A stretch of 63,983 nt of DNA, filler included, from Choristocarpus tenellus KU-1152 (lineage: Eukaryota; Protista; Phaeophyceae), in assembly GCA_964200185.2 (NCBI GenBank). It is 14 parts of 14 records of this genome, joined end to end, with 100 filler letters (N's around TTAATTAATTAA, not from the genome) between each part and the next. Parts side by side here need not be neighbours in the genome. Positions count along the whole stretch, not along the records: positions 47,589 to 57,156 come from CAXNAD020003570.1; positions 57,257 to 60,484 come from CAXNAD020021398.1; positions 60,585 to 63,983 come from CAXNAD020020298.1; 11 more parts are not named here. One strand, given 5' to 3'. The position numbers and the translations under genes were made by a program. Numbering within the stretch: the stretch's first letter is position 1; each line of letters begins with the position of its first letter. Below, piece after piece: positions 51,036-62,155 of this stretch. The notes under the pieces were generated by a model. The model saw only the letters and a list, made by a program, of their open reading frames with translations. It ran no database searches and had not been told where the DNA came from.

Positions 51036-51914
51036 TTTGCCGCGAGGGAAAATGCAGGGGGAGATATCCATGTAGCTGGCTCAAGGTATTGGGTGGGGGC
51101 CCAAGCTTTGGCCCCTTGTCCACATTGACACATGTGTCTGGCTAAAGAAATTGCAAAAGATTCCTGTCCAGGTCTTTTGGGGAGGTTCGCTGGCCAGGAG
51201 CAGAAAGAGTATAAACAGACTTGGTTGAGTAATCAGGTAATGTCATACTGAGTCTGTCTAGGCATCCCTCCTAGGTGATTTGAAGCCAGTATATGGACCG
51301 CCTGGGAGTGAGATAGCCCCAAGTTTTTCAATCCTTGGTCAATGGTCGCGGCCAGGTCTTTTACAGGGACCCAAGCAGAGAGGATGGATGATATGAAAGT
51401 CTAAGGGTCAAGCTTGTTGGGCTGGAGCACAAGGCAGTCATAAATCCCTTGCCTGGGACATGTTGTTGGTGTGCAAGGAGAGAGGGGAGGGAGGTGCTAC
51501 TGAACCCACAAAAGCTGCATGTTGACAGTGGACAATATAAGAGAGGCCTAAGCTGCCTGCACTGTGGTCGATGTTTGGGCTTGGGTCTATTGATGTGGCC
51601 CAAACCACGAAGTTCACTGGTACACCATTCTCAAAAAAAAAATTAACCTCAGGGGAGCCATGAACTTCAACAGTCTTCTCCACGGCCCATAGATGTTACG
51701 AAACGCAATACAAGCTTACCTTGATGGGATACATAGCTTCAATCCACAAGCCTGTGGGATGTAGACGAGGCTTGCAGAGGCCTCCACGAAGGAAATATCC
51801 TCAAGTATGGTGGATCTTTCACTCCTATTCTTCACTTTATTGCTTTCATGAGGGTAAAATAGAACTGAACTATTCCTTATCAAATGTGTGACCTCATAAG
51901 GACTATATAATATA

Positions 51915-52089
51915 GGCTCAAAGTACCTGGGGGGGGGGTTCTCCACCAGGGTGTCCATTCGAGCCCTGACCAGGAGAAGAGCGCTTACATCATCCATCCG
52001 ATGTATGCAACCAAATCACCCAAAAAATGCAGCATGGAAAAATGGACCCTGCATGGACACCCGCCACACACACCCAGATACTTTGAGCC
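51915..52089 (-). mobile_element. MITE family B, full length (175 bp)
   Basis: TIRs GGCTCAAAGTACCTGGG / CCCAGATACTTTGAGCC. Confidence 0.9.
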
Positions 52090-52262
52090 AAATATATTGT
52101 CAGTATGTACAATACACAAAATCTAGGACTTCAAAGTCATAGTGGCGTTTATGAAACTGGCATTAAGACACATCGCCTGTGACATAGAGGAGCATTGTCC
52201 ACCTGTTACATGGTTCAGGCCGCCAGTTGTGGGGGGGTTGACCTTGAGCAAGTAGCTGAGGT

Positions 52263-52512
52263 GAGTGAAAGTATCTTAGAGGGTACGAGTTTCGCCCTGT
52301 TTGGGGCTTGGTTTTCTCACGGTTTTTATTACATTTTCCTACTCCAAAATATCTCGGAGTAGGTAAAAATGTGTATGTTATGAAAAGGTGTGTCCGGAAC
52401 AAGGGTGTTGACACTTCCTAACAAACACGATAGCCAAATTTACATCGAAATCGCAGCATTGGATTTTGATCCCCGAATGGATGCGGCTCTACCCTCTAAG
52501 ATACTTTGGCTC
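52263..52512 (+). mobile_element. MITE family A
   Basis: Near-perfect TIRs, small internal deletion; 4-bp TSD AGGT. Confidence 0.95.
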
Positions 52513-53096
52513 AGGTGGGGGGGGAGGGATCGGGCATTGAGGGGCAATGCAGCTTGTTTGTCTTCCGCCTCATGTGATGTTCTTTGCAGGAGCTTGTGAG
52601 CTGGAGCTCTCCTGAACTCCATCCATATGAGCCCCGAAAGTGTTGTTCTGGTGAACGACCGTAGACCTTAGTAGCACAGGACAGGACTCAGGAAGGACAT
52701 CTGGGTAGGCCTCAATGAATACACAGCGACGGATGCTATTGAGGGCGTTCTTTGTTGTCAAGGAATAAGACCCATTCCCCACACTCATGCTGTGGTAGGC
52801 GGGTGTCCAAATAGGGCCCTCTCCACCCCATTGGGAACAACAACTCCAAATTAACTAGTATCTCCCAGTTGTTGCTCCAAATATGGATGGAGGCTAGTCA
52901 GAGCAGAATGCTGAGCCACATACTCTCCTAATAAATCAATCGCAATCCCATATCAAAACGCCACAACATGGTTCAATCATACTTCAACCCGGTTAGCCAA
53001 ACATTTCACAACCTTGAACAATTTTATTCAATACAGAAGTCCAATGCGTAGGTGCAACAAGCAACCTGTATCCACACGAAATTGATATACTTCATT

Positions 53097-53359
53097 GAGT
53101 GAAAGTATCTCTTAGAGGGTACGAGTTTTTCCCTGTTTGTCCATTTGAGGCTTGGCTTCCCACGGGTTTTTTTTATGACATTTTAGCTACTCCAAAGTGA
53201 TTCGGAGTAGGTAAAATGTATACGTTATGAAAAGGAGTGTCCGGAACAAGGATATTGACATCTCCTAACAAACATCATAGCCAAAATTACATCAAAATTG
53301 CAAGATTGGATTTTGGCCCCCAAATGGACACGACTCTACCCTCTAAGATACTCTGATCT
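53097..53359 (+). mobile_element. MITE family A
   Basis: Right TIR degenerate; 3-bp TSD ATT. Confidence 0.9.
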
Positions 53360-55763
53360 ATTGTCAATCGCGGAACTGTATCCTTCCTCACTCCCTCACT
53401 TCCTCACTCCATCCATCCATGTTGCTCCCATGTCAAGGGTGGGCCACCCTACCTATTTGTTAAGGTATATTACCAGAGGATTGAAACATGTTGGAAGTAG
53501 AGGCCTTTTAATTTTTCTTTGCATTTATATATTTTATATATTTTACATATTTTATATATTTTATATATTTTATGCCCTCTGCTATTTTCCAGATGTGTCC
53601 GGGAAAAAGTCAAACCAAATATCACAACGACCTTCGTAAAGTAACTGTTGTCTTAAATGTGAAAGAGGCCTCTACACTACCTGTGCATATCCAGCTCCAA
53701 TACACTAACACCCTCCCTGTATGCCTCCTACTATGCCTCCAATATAGCTTAGTCCTACACAACCGGGTTATCTGAAATACAGCTTGCTGGTGCTCTCTTG
53801 GAGACAATAGTTCGTGCGGGTATATCGAGTTTTACATCTTTGAATCGATAGCTTTATCGCACGGGCACGAATCTTCCTGTGACCACACCAACGCACAACA
53901 CGTTTTCCCATTATCCTGTATGTAGCAGCACCAAGGATGTCATGATGTCCCAAATGACTTCGTGCCCCCCTGCCCATTAACCCCGACCACTATATCGTTG
54001 GTTCCTGTTGGACCCTGGTGATATATTTCGTATCTGCATTTGAAGTGCGATTGGCTGTTGCATCTAACTCAAAACGAACTTGGAAAACTGAAACTGGGCA
54101 AACTTGGGTGTCATGTCTTCTTATCTCTGGTTTCACCTTTATCAGGCCCTTCGACCTCCATCGAGTCAACCGTTCTCTACAACTCTTTTCCCCACACTTG
54201 CATGTACTTTTTCATTGCCTATGCAAAAGTATTGCCTTCCCCCTATGATCCTCTCTTTGCTGTGGCATCAACACCGTCCTCGCTCTCTTGTGCCCGAAAG
54301 AGCTCTAAAAATCCTCCCTTTATGCCCTCATCCCCTCTCTTCACTGCAGGGAGGCCTCTGTCATGGGGACTCTAGTGGACACAAGGGATGAGGATGTTGA
54401 GGTGGTTGCTACTTGCAGAGCAGCTACTGGGGTTGGCCATGAGTGCTCCGCTTGCCCTGAAACGGTTTCACTTTGTTCACACTCCATGGACCTCATTAGA
54501 GACATTTCTACCAAGGTTGTGGCCCCTTAGGCTCCCCCTTGCATTCCACCTGTAGTAAGACGCTTTGTATCTTCACGAGCTGGTTCGCCTTCCAGGTTCC
54601 AACTCTTAGGAATCTATTTGCTTCTATCCTACCCCAACTCCTCAGGAACAACTTTTGAGTGTTTTGGGGGTATCTTCTGCTGTTGCTTGGTGCAAGGTAG
54701 CCTTAGCTCTAACCCTAATCCTACAACATCGGCTTCGTGTATCATTATATATGCATCCAGATATACCATTATATATGCGTCCAAATATGTACACTACTAC
54801 TATTGTTTTTCGTTCTAAGCGTGTTGAAGAGGTGTGAATGCCTGTCATACATGTGAGGTATAAATGAGGGACAGCCGTTCCTGACATGGAATTCATCTAC
54901 AGAGGACGATGGTTTTGTAAGCTCGTATTAGATACTTGAGCTTTGTGTGAATAATCAATAGTTTGGTCCTGAGTCCAATCCTGGTGAATAATTAAGGGCC
55001 TGAATGACAGCCTTGTCGAGTCAGTGGGAGAGAATACAGTACTGTTGTGGCTGCTCTCTGTGTGGCCTCAATTCCAATGAAGAACTTGATTGTGTGTCAT
55101 AGATATATAGGAAAACAGAGAATTGAGGTTTTGTTTCTAGACAGGGTTGGGTTTGGGTTTGGGTTGAGGATGAAGATAGGGTGCTATGAACATCTTGCAT
55201 ATTATTTTTAAAAGATACGTTTTTCCTACTTTTAACTGTGTTCGACAATTTTTTTCACAAAGAGATGCTGACCTTGCACACCTTGAAAACAATCAACTAT
55301 TAGTAGTTGCGCCCCTTGCCCGCCATGCATCATGAAGGTCAGATTTAGGGTTGGCTGCTGGGACAGAGTAGACTCAGGCTGTTTTCGTTCTTTTGAAGTG
55401 CACATCTCCTCTTTCCCCATTGACTCTTGCCTCCGTTCTTCCCTTTACCTCTTTTTCTATTCTCATGGTTTCGACCGGAACATCGACGACTTAGACTGGG
55501 ATGGCATGTGTAAGGCTATGGAGCGGCTGACGGATGCAGACCTCAAGGCGAATTTGTTGTGTGAAAAGGCTTGTGCCTCTTAGGTGCGGTGGTGTAATTT
55601 AGTGCATGTCTGTGTAGTTTGACGAATTGGGTCTTTCTCGCCCAACTGGAGTTTGTTTATAGGAATGTCACTACCATTGTTATTACTACTAAACAGTTAG
55701 TTTTTTGGCATTGATCTGAGGGGTTCCCAGACCCATGGTGAAAAAAAGATCTCCAGAAGAGAA

Positions 55764-55923
55764 GTAACAAACACAATAGGGAAAGAGAAGAGCTTCATTT
55801 TGCCATGTGTGAACATTGAAGATGGAGTTGTCTTGTAGCTCAGTAACAAACACAATGGGGAAAAGAGAAGAGCTGCATCTTGCTATGTGTGAACATTTGA
55901 AGATGGAGTTGTCTTGTAGCTCA
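55764..55923. repeat. About 80-bp tandem duplication
   Basis: gtaacaaacacaat...gatggagttgtcttgtagctca occurs twice (55764, 55843). Confidence 0.9.
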
Positions 55924-57256
55924 GTGAGCGAGAGGTATGAAGGGTAGGGCTAGGGTTAGGGTCAGGGTCAGGGAGGATGGCAGGGAAAATATATAAATTT
56001 AACTGTGATGGAATACCCCATTTCGCTGTTGCATTTAGCCTATAAATGCCTTGACCTCACCCCTTCAATATTGGCAGCATATTCCAACAGAAGGAGAATC
56101 TAGTAGTAAAGAGCCACTAAACCTTCCTACATCCTTAGCATTCAGAAATTGTTGCCACCTATGGCCGCATACTTGACTTGAAACTGAGAGAGACATCCTT
56201 CGTGGCATGTACAGGTCACACGAAATCAACGTGCTGCTGCCTTCCATTTCTATGATTTTGCCTTCCCCTTGAGTGATGCTGCCTTCCTCCTCCGCCAACA
56301 ACGAGGGTATTGGCTCACTCAACATCAATGTAGAGGGAAGGTGGAGGGCCTGTCCTCCTGGTGGAGGGCCTGTCCTCCTGGTGTTGGCACTGCTGGGATG
56401 TGGATGTAGTATATATGCAAAGCACTCTTGTGCCATAATGACACATAGCATTACCGCAGACTTACTATTCCAATTTCACGAATTGTTGATCCGGGGGCAT
56501 CTACAAACAACTTTGATGAACCAACCGGACGTGAGACTTGTTATATTGCCTTTGTAGAGCAATATAAGTCTCTCGTGATGAGAAATGTGCAACCCTCCGA
56601 ATTGGAGTGTTGTTGTCTACACGTCATCCATGAACTGCGCATTTATGCATACATCTCAACACCTAGAAATGTTGAGTATGAGGAAGTAAAGGTATATTTG
56701 AAGAACTAGATTTGGTCTAGGGTTAGGGTGTAATCCACCTATCTCAATGACTTCGCCTGAAAAAAGAGCCTATGCTACACGAAGTTGATACATGCCTGTC
56801 TGTCCTTGGGCTCCATTCAGCAAAGATATAATACATGTTTCAAACATGTTTATTCTCAAGACATAGTCGACCTAGAGTGCTGAAGATACCAAACTGTCGG
56901 GTTGGGCTGTCCACCATCCCGTAGAAGAACCTGGAAGCTAGTCTGAATTTGATCAAGATCTACTTAAATCTCCTGAAAATCCGAAACCAGCATCATGTGC
57001 TTGTACAGATGTAAGATAAAGGGGTGGAGAGGAAAAGGTGTACACCAACCTTTCTGTAACAAAGTTTTCTCTTTCCCCCTCCCCCCCCCCCCCCCCCCCC
57101 CCTCTTTCTTCCTTTTTTCTTCTGGGTTTGGGGGGGGCTCTCGGGGGGGGGCGTCTNNNNNNNNNNNNNNNNNNNNNNNNNNNNNNNNNNNNNNNNNNNN
57201 TTAATTAATTAANNNNNNNNNNNNNNNNNNNNNNNNNNNNNNNNNNNNNNNNNNNN

Positions 57257-57358
57257 ACACTTCCTAACAAATACGACGGATAAAATGACATGGAAATCGC
57301 AACATTGGATTTCGGCCCCCGAATGGACGCGGCCCTACCCTCTAAGATACTTTGACTC
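57257..57358 (+). mobile_element. MITE family A, 3' portion (contig edge)
   Basis: acacttcctaacaaa...TACCCTCTAAGATACTTTGACTC. Confidence 0.88.
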
Positions 57359-57825
57359 ACAGTTTTATCAATTCCGGTTCACCTGATGTCTAAAATGGTC
57401 TAATGACAGTTGAACCTTTCCTTTGGTGTCCAGCATCAGTATTACTTGTGAACTCCCAATCCTAACATCAAGCCTAGGGGATTCATTTGTGCAAAGTGCT
57501 ATTGGTTGTTTCCTTCACAAAAGAGGGCCTACACACTCTGCCCAAGAATAAGTGAAAGGAGTTCTGTGTGTGTGTGTGTATTCTGTTATGAATACACTAG
57601 GAAACAGGAGGGCCTAGCGCATTGGCCCTTGAGAACCTTGCATTTGTGGAATACTGGATTTTGATTGGGTTCTTAGCTGCATCTGCGGCAATACTAAAAC
57701 CTTACCCTTTTTAATTGTGCTAGAGGTGCTACATACACATCAAGCTTGTAGATAGTACTTGGATGGAGCTACGTGTTTTACTCCTATGTCTTATCTGAAT
57801 ATATTAAATGATATCTCATGCCCAG

Positions 57826-58466
57826 GTGGTGGCTGCACCAAAAAAGGTGGCTACCAAGGTGGTAGCAGCCAAGAAGGTTGCACCCAAGGTGGTGGCAGCC
57901 AAGAAGGTTGCTGTGAAGGCTGCTGTGAAGGCTGCACCCAAGCCCGCTCCCAAGAAGGCTGTTGCTAAGAAGGTTGTTGCTTCTGCAGGGTCTCCCAGGT
58001 TAGTTGAATGAACCAGTTGGGGTAAGTTTTGCTGCTATTAAAGTTTTTTATTTATTTCTGCTTTGTAAATGACAGGTAGTTGCTTTCAAATTGTTAGGGT
58101 TTGAAGAGAAGAGTTTTTGCTTTGATGAGGATTGAGGATAATATTAGACTCTTCGTACGACTTTCTGAATGCTGCTGTGAATCTCCATTTATGTTATTCT
58201 ACTAAGGGACTTTGCTTGTTTGTTTTTAAATGTACGAAACCCTCAATAGTTGAATTTATCTGATAATCCCGTGCTGGAACTTTCATCTTGATGTTGGTAC
58301 CAACCCCTAACCTCCTCCCCCAACTTGTGTTTTTTGTGTCCATTGGCCTATCATGCTGCTGGGTTTCTTTTGACCATCTCTTGATTACCTACAAATAATG
58401 GAACATGATTAACCTACAACGGTTGTATCCAGGGGCAACATGGCCAACATCCCCAAGGCTGTGTAG
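57826..58466 (+). CDS. Last two exons of a Lys/Ala/Val/Pro-rich basic protein (histone H1 C-tail/Hc2-like low complexity)
   Basis: Exon 57826-57998 (cccag|VVAAPKKVATKVVAAKKVAPKVVAAKKVAVKAAVKAAPKPAPKKAVAKKVVASAGSP|gttagt) joins in phase 2 to exon 58433-58466 (RGNMANIPKAV*). Codon use is strongly biased to AAG/GCT/GTT. Confidence 0.65.
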
Positions 58467-59758
58467 TTTAGTGCTTTATCTACATGTAAAACTGGGCTGT
58501 CTGGGTCAAGTAGAGGTTGTGCTTTGAATCAAGCCCTTGGCACCTCGGTTAGGGTTAGGGGTAATTTGTTTATGGACAGTTGAGTAATCAACGTCTCTGT
58601 TACAGTGTGACTGGGAAAGATCGATCTATTTGATCGATTCATGCTTGGACTGGACCATAAATTCCACTAAACAGACAAGATCTCCTTGGGCCAACAGACA
58701 ATTATGTGATGTTGTGGATGGTTGTTCTTGAGACCTAGAACTACGCTGACTGATTTTGAGGGGAAAGTGTGATAGGGCTATTGATGAAGCAGCGATGATA
58801 CTACCTGCAACAAGATACTACAGGGACTGGTAATCGATTGTGGAGAAGTTGAGCCATAATAATATAGAGATGCACCTTTATATGGCAGCTGTAGAGAAGA
58901 TTTTTTATTGTTTCTTTCTCGTCTACAATTGTCACAAAGTTGACATGCCTTACAAAATAACATTTATGAGTCGCATCCACCATCCTTGAGCATGGAGTAG
59001 AACAGCGTAAGATAGACTTTTAAGGCAACTAGCAATCAAGATGGTGGGTTGGAGATAGATTATGGAAGGGTTCATCAATGATAAAGTCACCTACACTGAC
59101 CACCTGTGTTGTAGATTACGTTACACATTTGGAAATGCCTCTTTCAAGTGCTGCTGTATATCCATAATAAATACGTATCTTCACATGAACAGCAATATTT
59201 TCATCCGAACATAGATTAAAATGCAAAATATTGTAGCTGTAGATTGTCAGTATATCTCTGATAGACATGTCTGTCTGTAGACGCGCTTCACACTGAAGGA
59301 GGGAAGAACAAATCATTTAAGAGTATTGTGATGGAAGCAATATAGACCGTGGAAGAATGTGCCGTCATGCCAAATATCTACCATACAATCCACCCAGATG
59401 TTCACATCATGTTTTGAGGACAGATAAGTGGCTACATGGTCAACTGTTTTAGGGGTGTGTAATCATCTCATCCGCACTGTGTGAATCATATCACACCCAA
59501 CAGCAAACAGATGACCTGACAGCTCCAAATAAATACTTCATAGTTATGGTAACTAAATTATTCGTGGTGTGCTGCAATTTGTTGATCATGTGGGGGTGAC
59601 CTTTTCTGGGCAAGGCCCTGTAGGTAGAATCCTGAGTGAGGCTAGTGCAATTGTTTTCTTGATTCTTCAACACAATTGATCCCATCAATTTAAATGATCA
59701 ATTGGACAGAGAACCAAACCAATTATGGTGTCGAAGGAGATGTGTGTGGTCCATACTG

Positions 59759-59840
59759 TGACAGCAGCAGGATTTGAACCTGTGCGCGGAAGCTGCAATA
59801 GATTTCTAGTCAATCCCCTTAAGTGCTCTGGCACGTCGTC
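59759..59840 (-). pseudogene. Degenerate tRNA-Ser(AGA), probable pseudogene
   Basis: Reverse complement GACGACGTGCCAGAGCACTTAAGGGGATTGACTAGAAATCTATTGCAGCTTCCGCGCACAGGTTCAAATCCTGCTGCTGTCA. It has a Ser-type long arm and AGA anticodon, but the D-loop GG is lost and the acceptor, anticodon and T stems carry mismatches. Confidence 0.75.
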
Positions 59841-60261
59841 CTATTCAGCAACGAAAACGTACAGCTCTTTTGCTAGACGTAAAACCCTCCCATCTTTACC
59901 TCCTTCTAACAGGACACAGTGAAATCAACCTCCTCGACCAATGATGAGCACATACCAACCAATTGTCAAGGTCTATCCTTCAGTTACAACCCGTTCCACT
60001 TTCCCCAAACCTGCGACCACTTCACACTTCTCGTAACTTCTACATTTAGTTTACAATATATCCTCAAAACCATTACTTTCCATAGCTCTTCAACTCAAGA
60101 CCTCTACTATATACACACCTATGATACCTGTATTCCAATACGGAAATTGCAGATGGAGTCAAAGGAAGCCAGAGGTACCAGGGTCATTTTTGTTTAAGAC
60201 AGTTTTCAATATTATGCCATTCACCCATAGTTCTATTGATGGAGTGCTAGGTTTGGCTTGA

Positions 60262-60444
60262 GTCTCAAAGTATCTGGGGGGGGGGTGGCGACTGTCCATT
60301 TTGGGGTAGTTTTTTTCATGTCGCAATTTTTGGGCGATTGGTTGCATACATCGGATGGATAATGTAAATGTACTTTTCCTTATTTTGACCCAAGGCACAC
60401 CCTGGTCAAGACCCCCCCCCCCCCCCCCCCAGATACCTTTGGTC
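60262..60444 (+). mobile_element. MITE family B, full length
   Basis: GTCTCAAAGTATCTGGGGGGGGGG ... CCCCAGATACCTTTGGTC; flanks TTGA / TTGG. Confidence 0.9.
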
Positions 60445-61307
60445 TTGGGAAAGTTGATTTCTCTTTAATCCGAGAACTTTTGACNNNNNNNNNNNNNNNN
60501 NNNNNNNNNNNNNNNNNNNNNNNNNNNNTTAATTAATTAANNNNNNNNNNNNNNNNNNNNNNNNNNNNNNNNNNNNNNNNNNNNTGTATGATATTTAAGC
60601 AGAACAATCAGTGCTAGGTGATGTTGCATGTTCATCACTTTCAAGTGGGGGGGGGGGGGACAGGGGGAATACATCATTGTGCTGCAATAGGAAAGCTTTT
60701 GGGCCCTGATGTTCAGATGGTTTATTAATCACCACCACATCTAGAAACAAGAAACCTCCACTAAGGAAACAAAACATATTTTTCTGAAAAGACAAGCACA
60801 GAGCATGTCTACAGTATTGGCAACAAAGAATTCCAACAGATACTTGAGGCTGCTTGATGGGGTGGGAAGCAGGGAGGGCTTTGTGTTGGGGTGGGACAAG
60901 GCTTAGAGAAAAACGAGCTGCTTTTAGGGGAGCCATTCCCAGGAGCAAGATTTGAAATTTCCTTGCTGAATACACCTCACCCCTTCCGCTCACACCACTC
61001 TTGCCAACATGGGACATGGATCCTGGCCCCACAGCAGTGATACTTCCTGTCTGTAAGTATTTCTTGATATTCGATGACTGCAGGCCGTCCTCAAGCCTGG
61101 TTCAATGCAGACAATGGTTTGCTCAAGGGATTGAAATACAAAAATGGGGTAGCATGCAGGGATATTCCCCATGGGTTGCGAAGAATGGGTGGTAGGCATC
61201 AGGAGAAAGTGTTGCAGGGGCAACGCAAAGGGTACTTGGCGAGGACATAACCCCACATACTAGTAAAGCATCACGCATATATGTTGTGAATCCTGATACC
61301 TACTTAC

Positions 61308-62155
61308 TTGTTGATTTTACGAGCTTTGCGGCGAAGGGTGTCCGCGTTCATCTTCCCGTTCACCCCTTTCCTGCTCCCACCCTTGTCTTGGCCCCCACCC
61401 CTGCCATCCTCATCGCCATCCTTGTCGATGCGACCAATGAATTCCTCACCATCATCTGCGTAGCCCAGACCATCGTCATCCACTACAAAATCATCCGCCT
61501 GTTGGCGCTTGCGCACCAGCTCTTGGTACTGATCCTCTGTAACCTCCTCGTACACGTCGTCTTCGTCATCCATCCCCTGTAAAAAGTCATTAAATGGTGT
61601 CATTGCTGTATGGGCGAGAGATATGGTCTCCTGCAACGTTCGCAAGGGTCAACCTGCAACTGACTGCACCTCTTTGGTACGGTACCACCCAAGAAGAATT
61701 GGTAGAAGACTTAGATTGTCTCACCCCACGACATTCAAAACATCCAACAAGCTCCATAATCGAGGGCGTGCGAGCAAGGCCTATCGAACAGGGGGTCAAT
61801 GGCAGATAGAATCAAGGTGATCAACGAGAAAAACTTCCATATATTATTAATTTGGGCGAGGAAGGGATCGAAAAGGATGGTTGGGTAGAGCTTCTTCAGG
61901 CTGTGCCAGATCCTGATAAAAACATGAGGTGCCTGGGATTGCCTAACGCCAAGAACCCAACCAACCCAATCATGACGCTATCCATCCGTAGTGGATGGTG
62001 AATGGTAAGCCCCAGCAACCATGAGGGCCCACCTCAAGCTGATCGACCCTGCTTTCGCCTTCCCGCGCAGCACGAAGTGCATCTAGTGCAGAAGAGTGCG
62101 CCGTTGGTCTCGTGGTCCTCTGTCGAGCGCTGGTACGCCTGCTTCCATCCTCCAT
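61308..62155 (-). CDS. POLA1: DNA polymerase alpha catalytic subunit, first two exons
   Basis: Exon 62155-62033 ([13 protein letters not shown]...[19 protein letters not shown]|gt) joins exon 61576-61308 ([45 protein letters not shown]...). The latter is the DNA_pol_alpha_N motif. Confidence 0.92.

Larger units (their letters stand above)
50150..52900 (-). mobile_element. Degenerate CRE-like non-LTR retrotransposon (RT + restriction-like endonuclease), interrupted by three MITEs
   Basis: Motifs occur in the expected order on the minus strand: FGVVVPNGVE, KNALNSIRR (cf. D-x-x-NAFNSI-x-R), LLKFMAPLRLIFFLRMV, AGSLGLS...HAAFVGS (cf. GGLGL...AAFxGS), then RLE RVDVVF...AAAAEERS...TLAVESFGRLGTETQLFLDELATHVVGG. 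Confidence 0.7.

Noticed and set aside
37217-59840. tRNA cluster or tRNA-targeted TE insertion
   Set aside because: The four tRNA loci are on four separate contigs and no element sits at a fixed distance from them.
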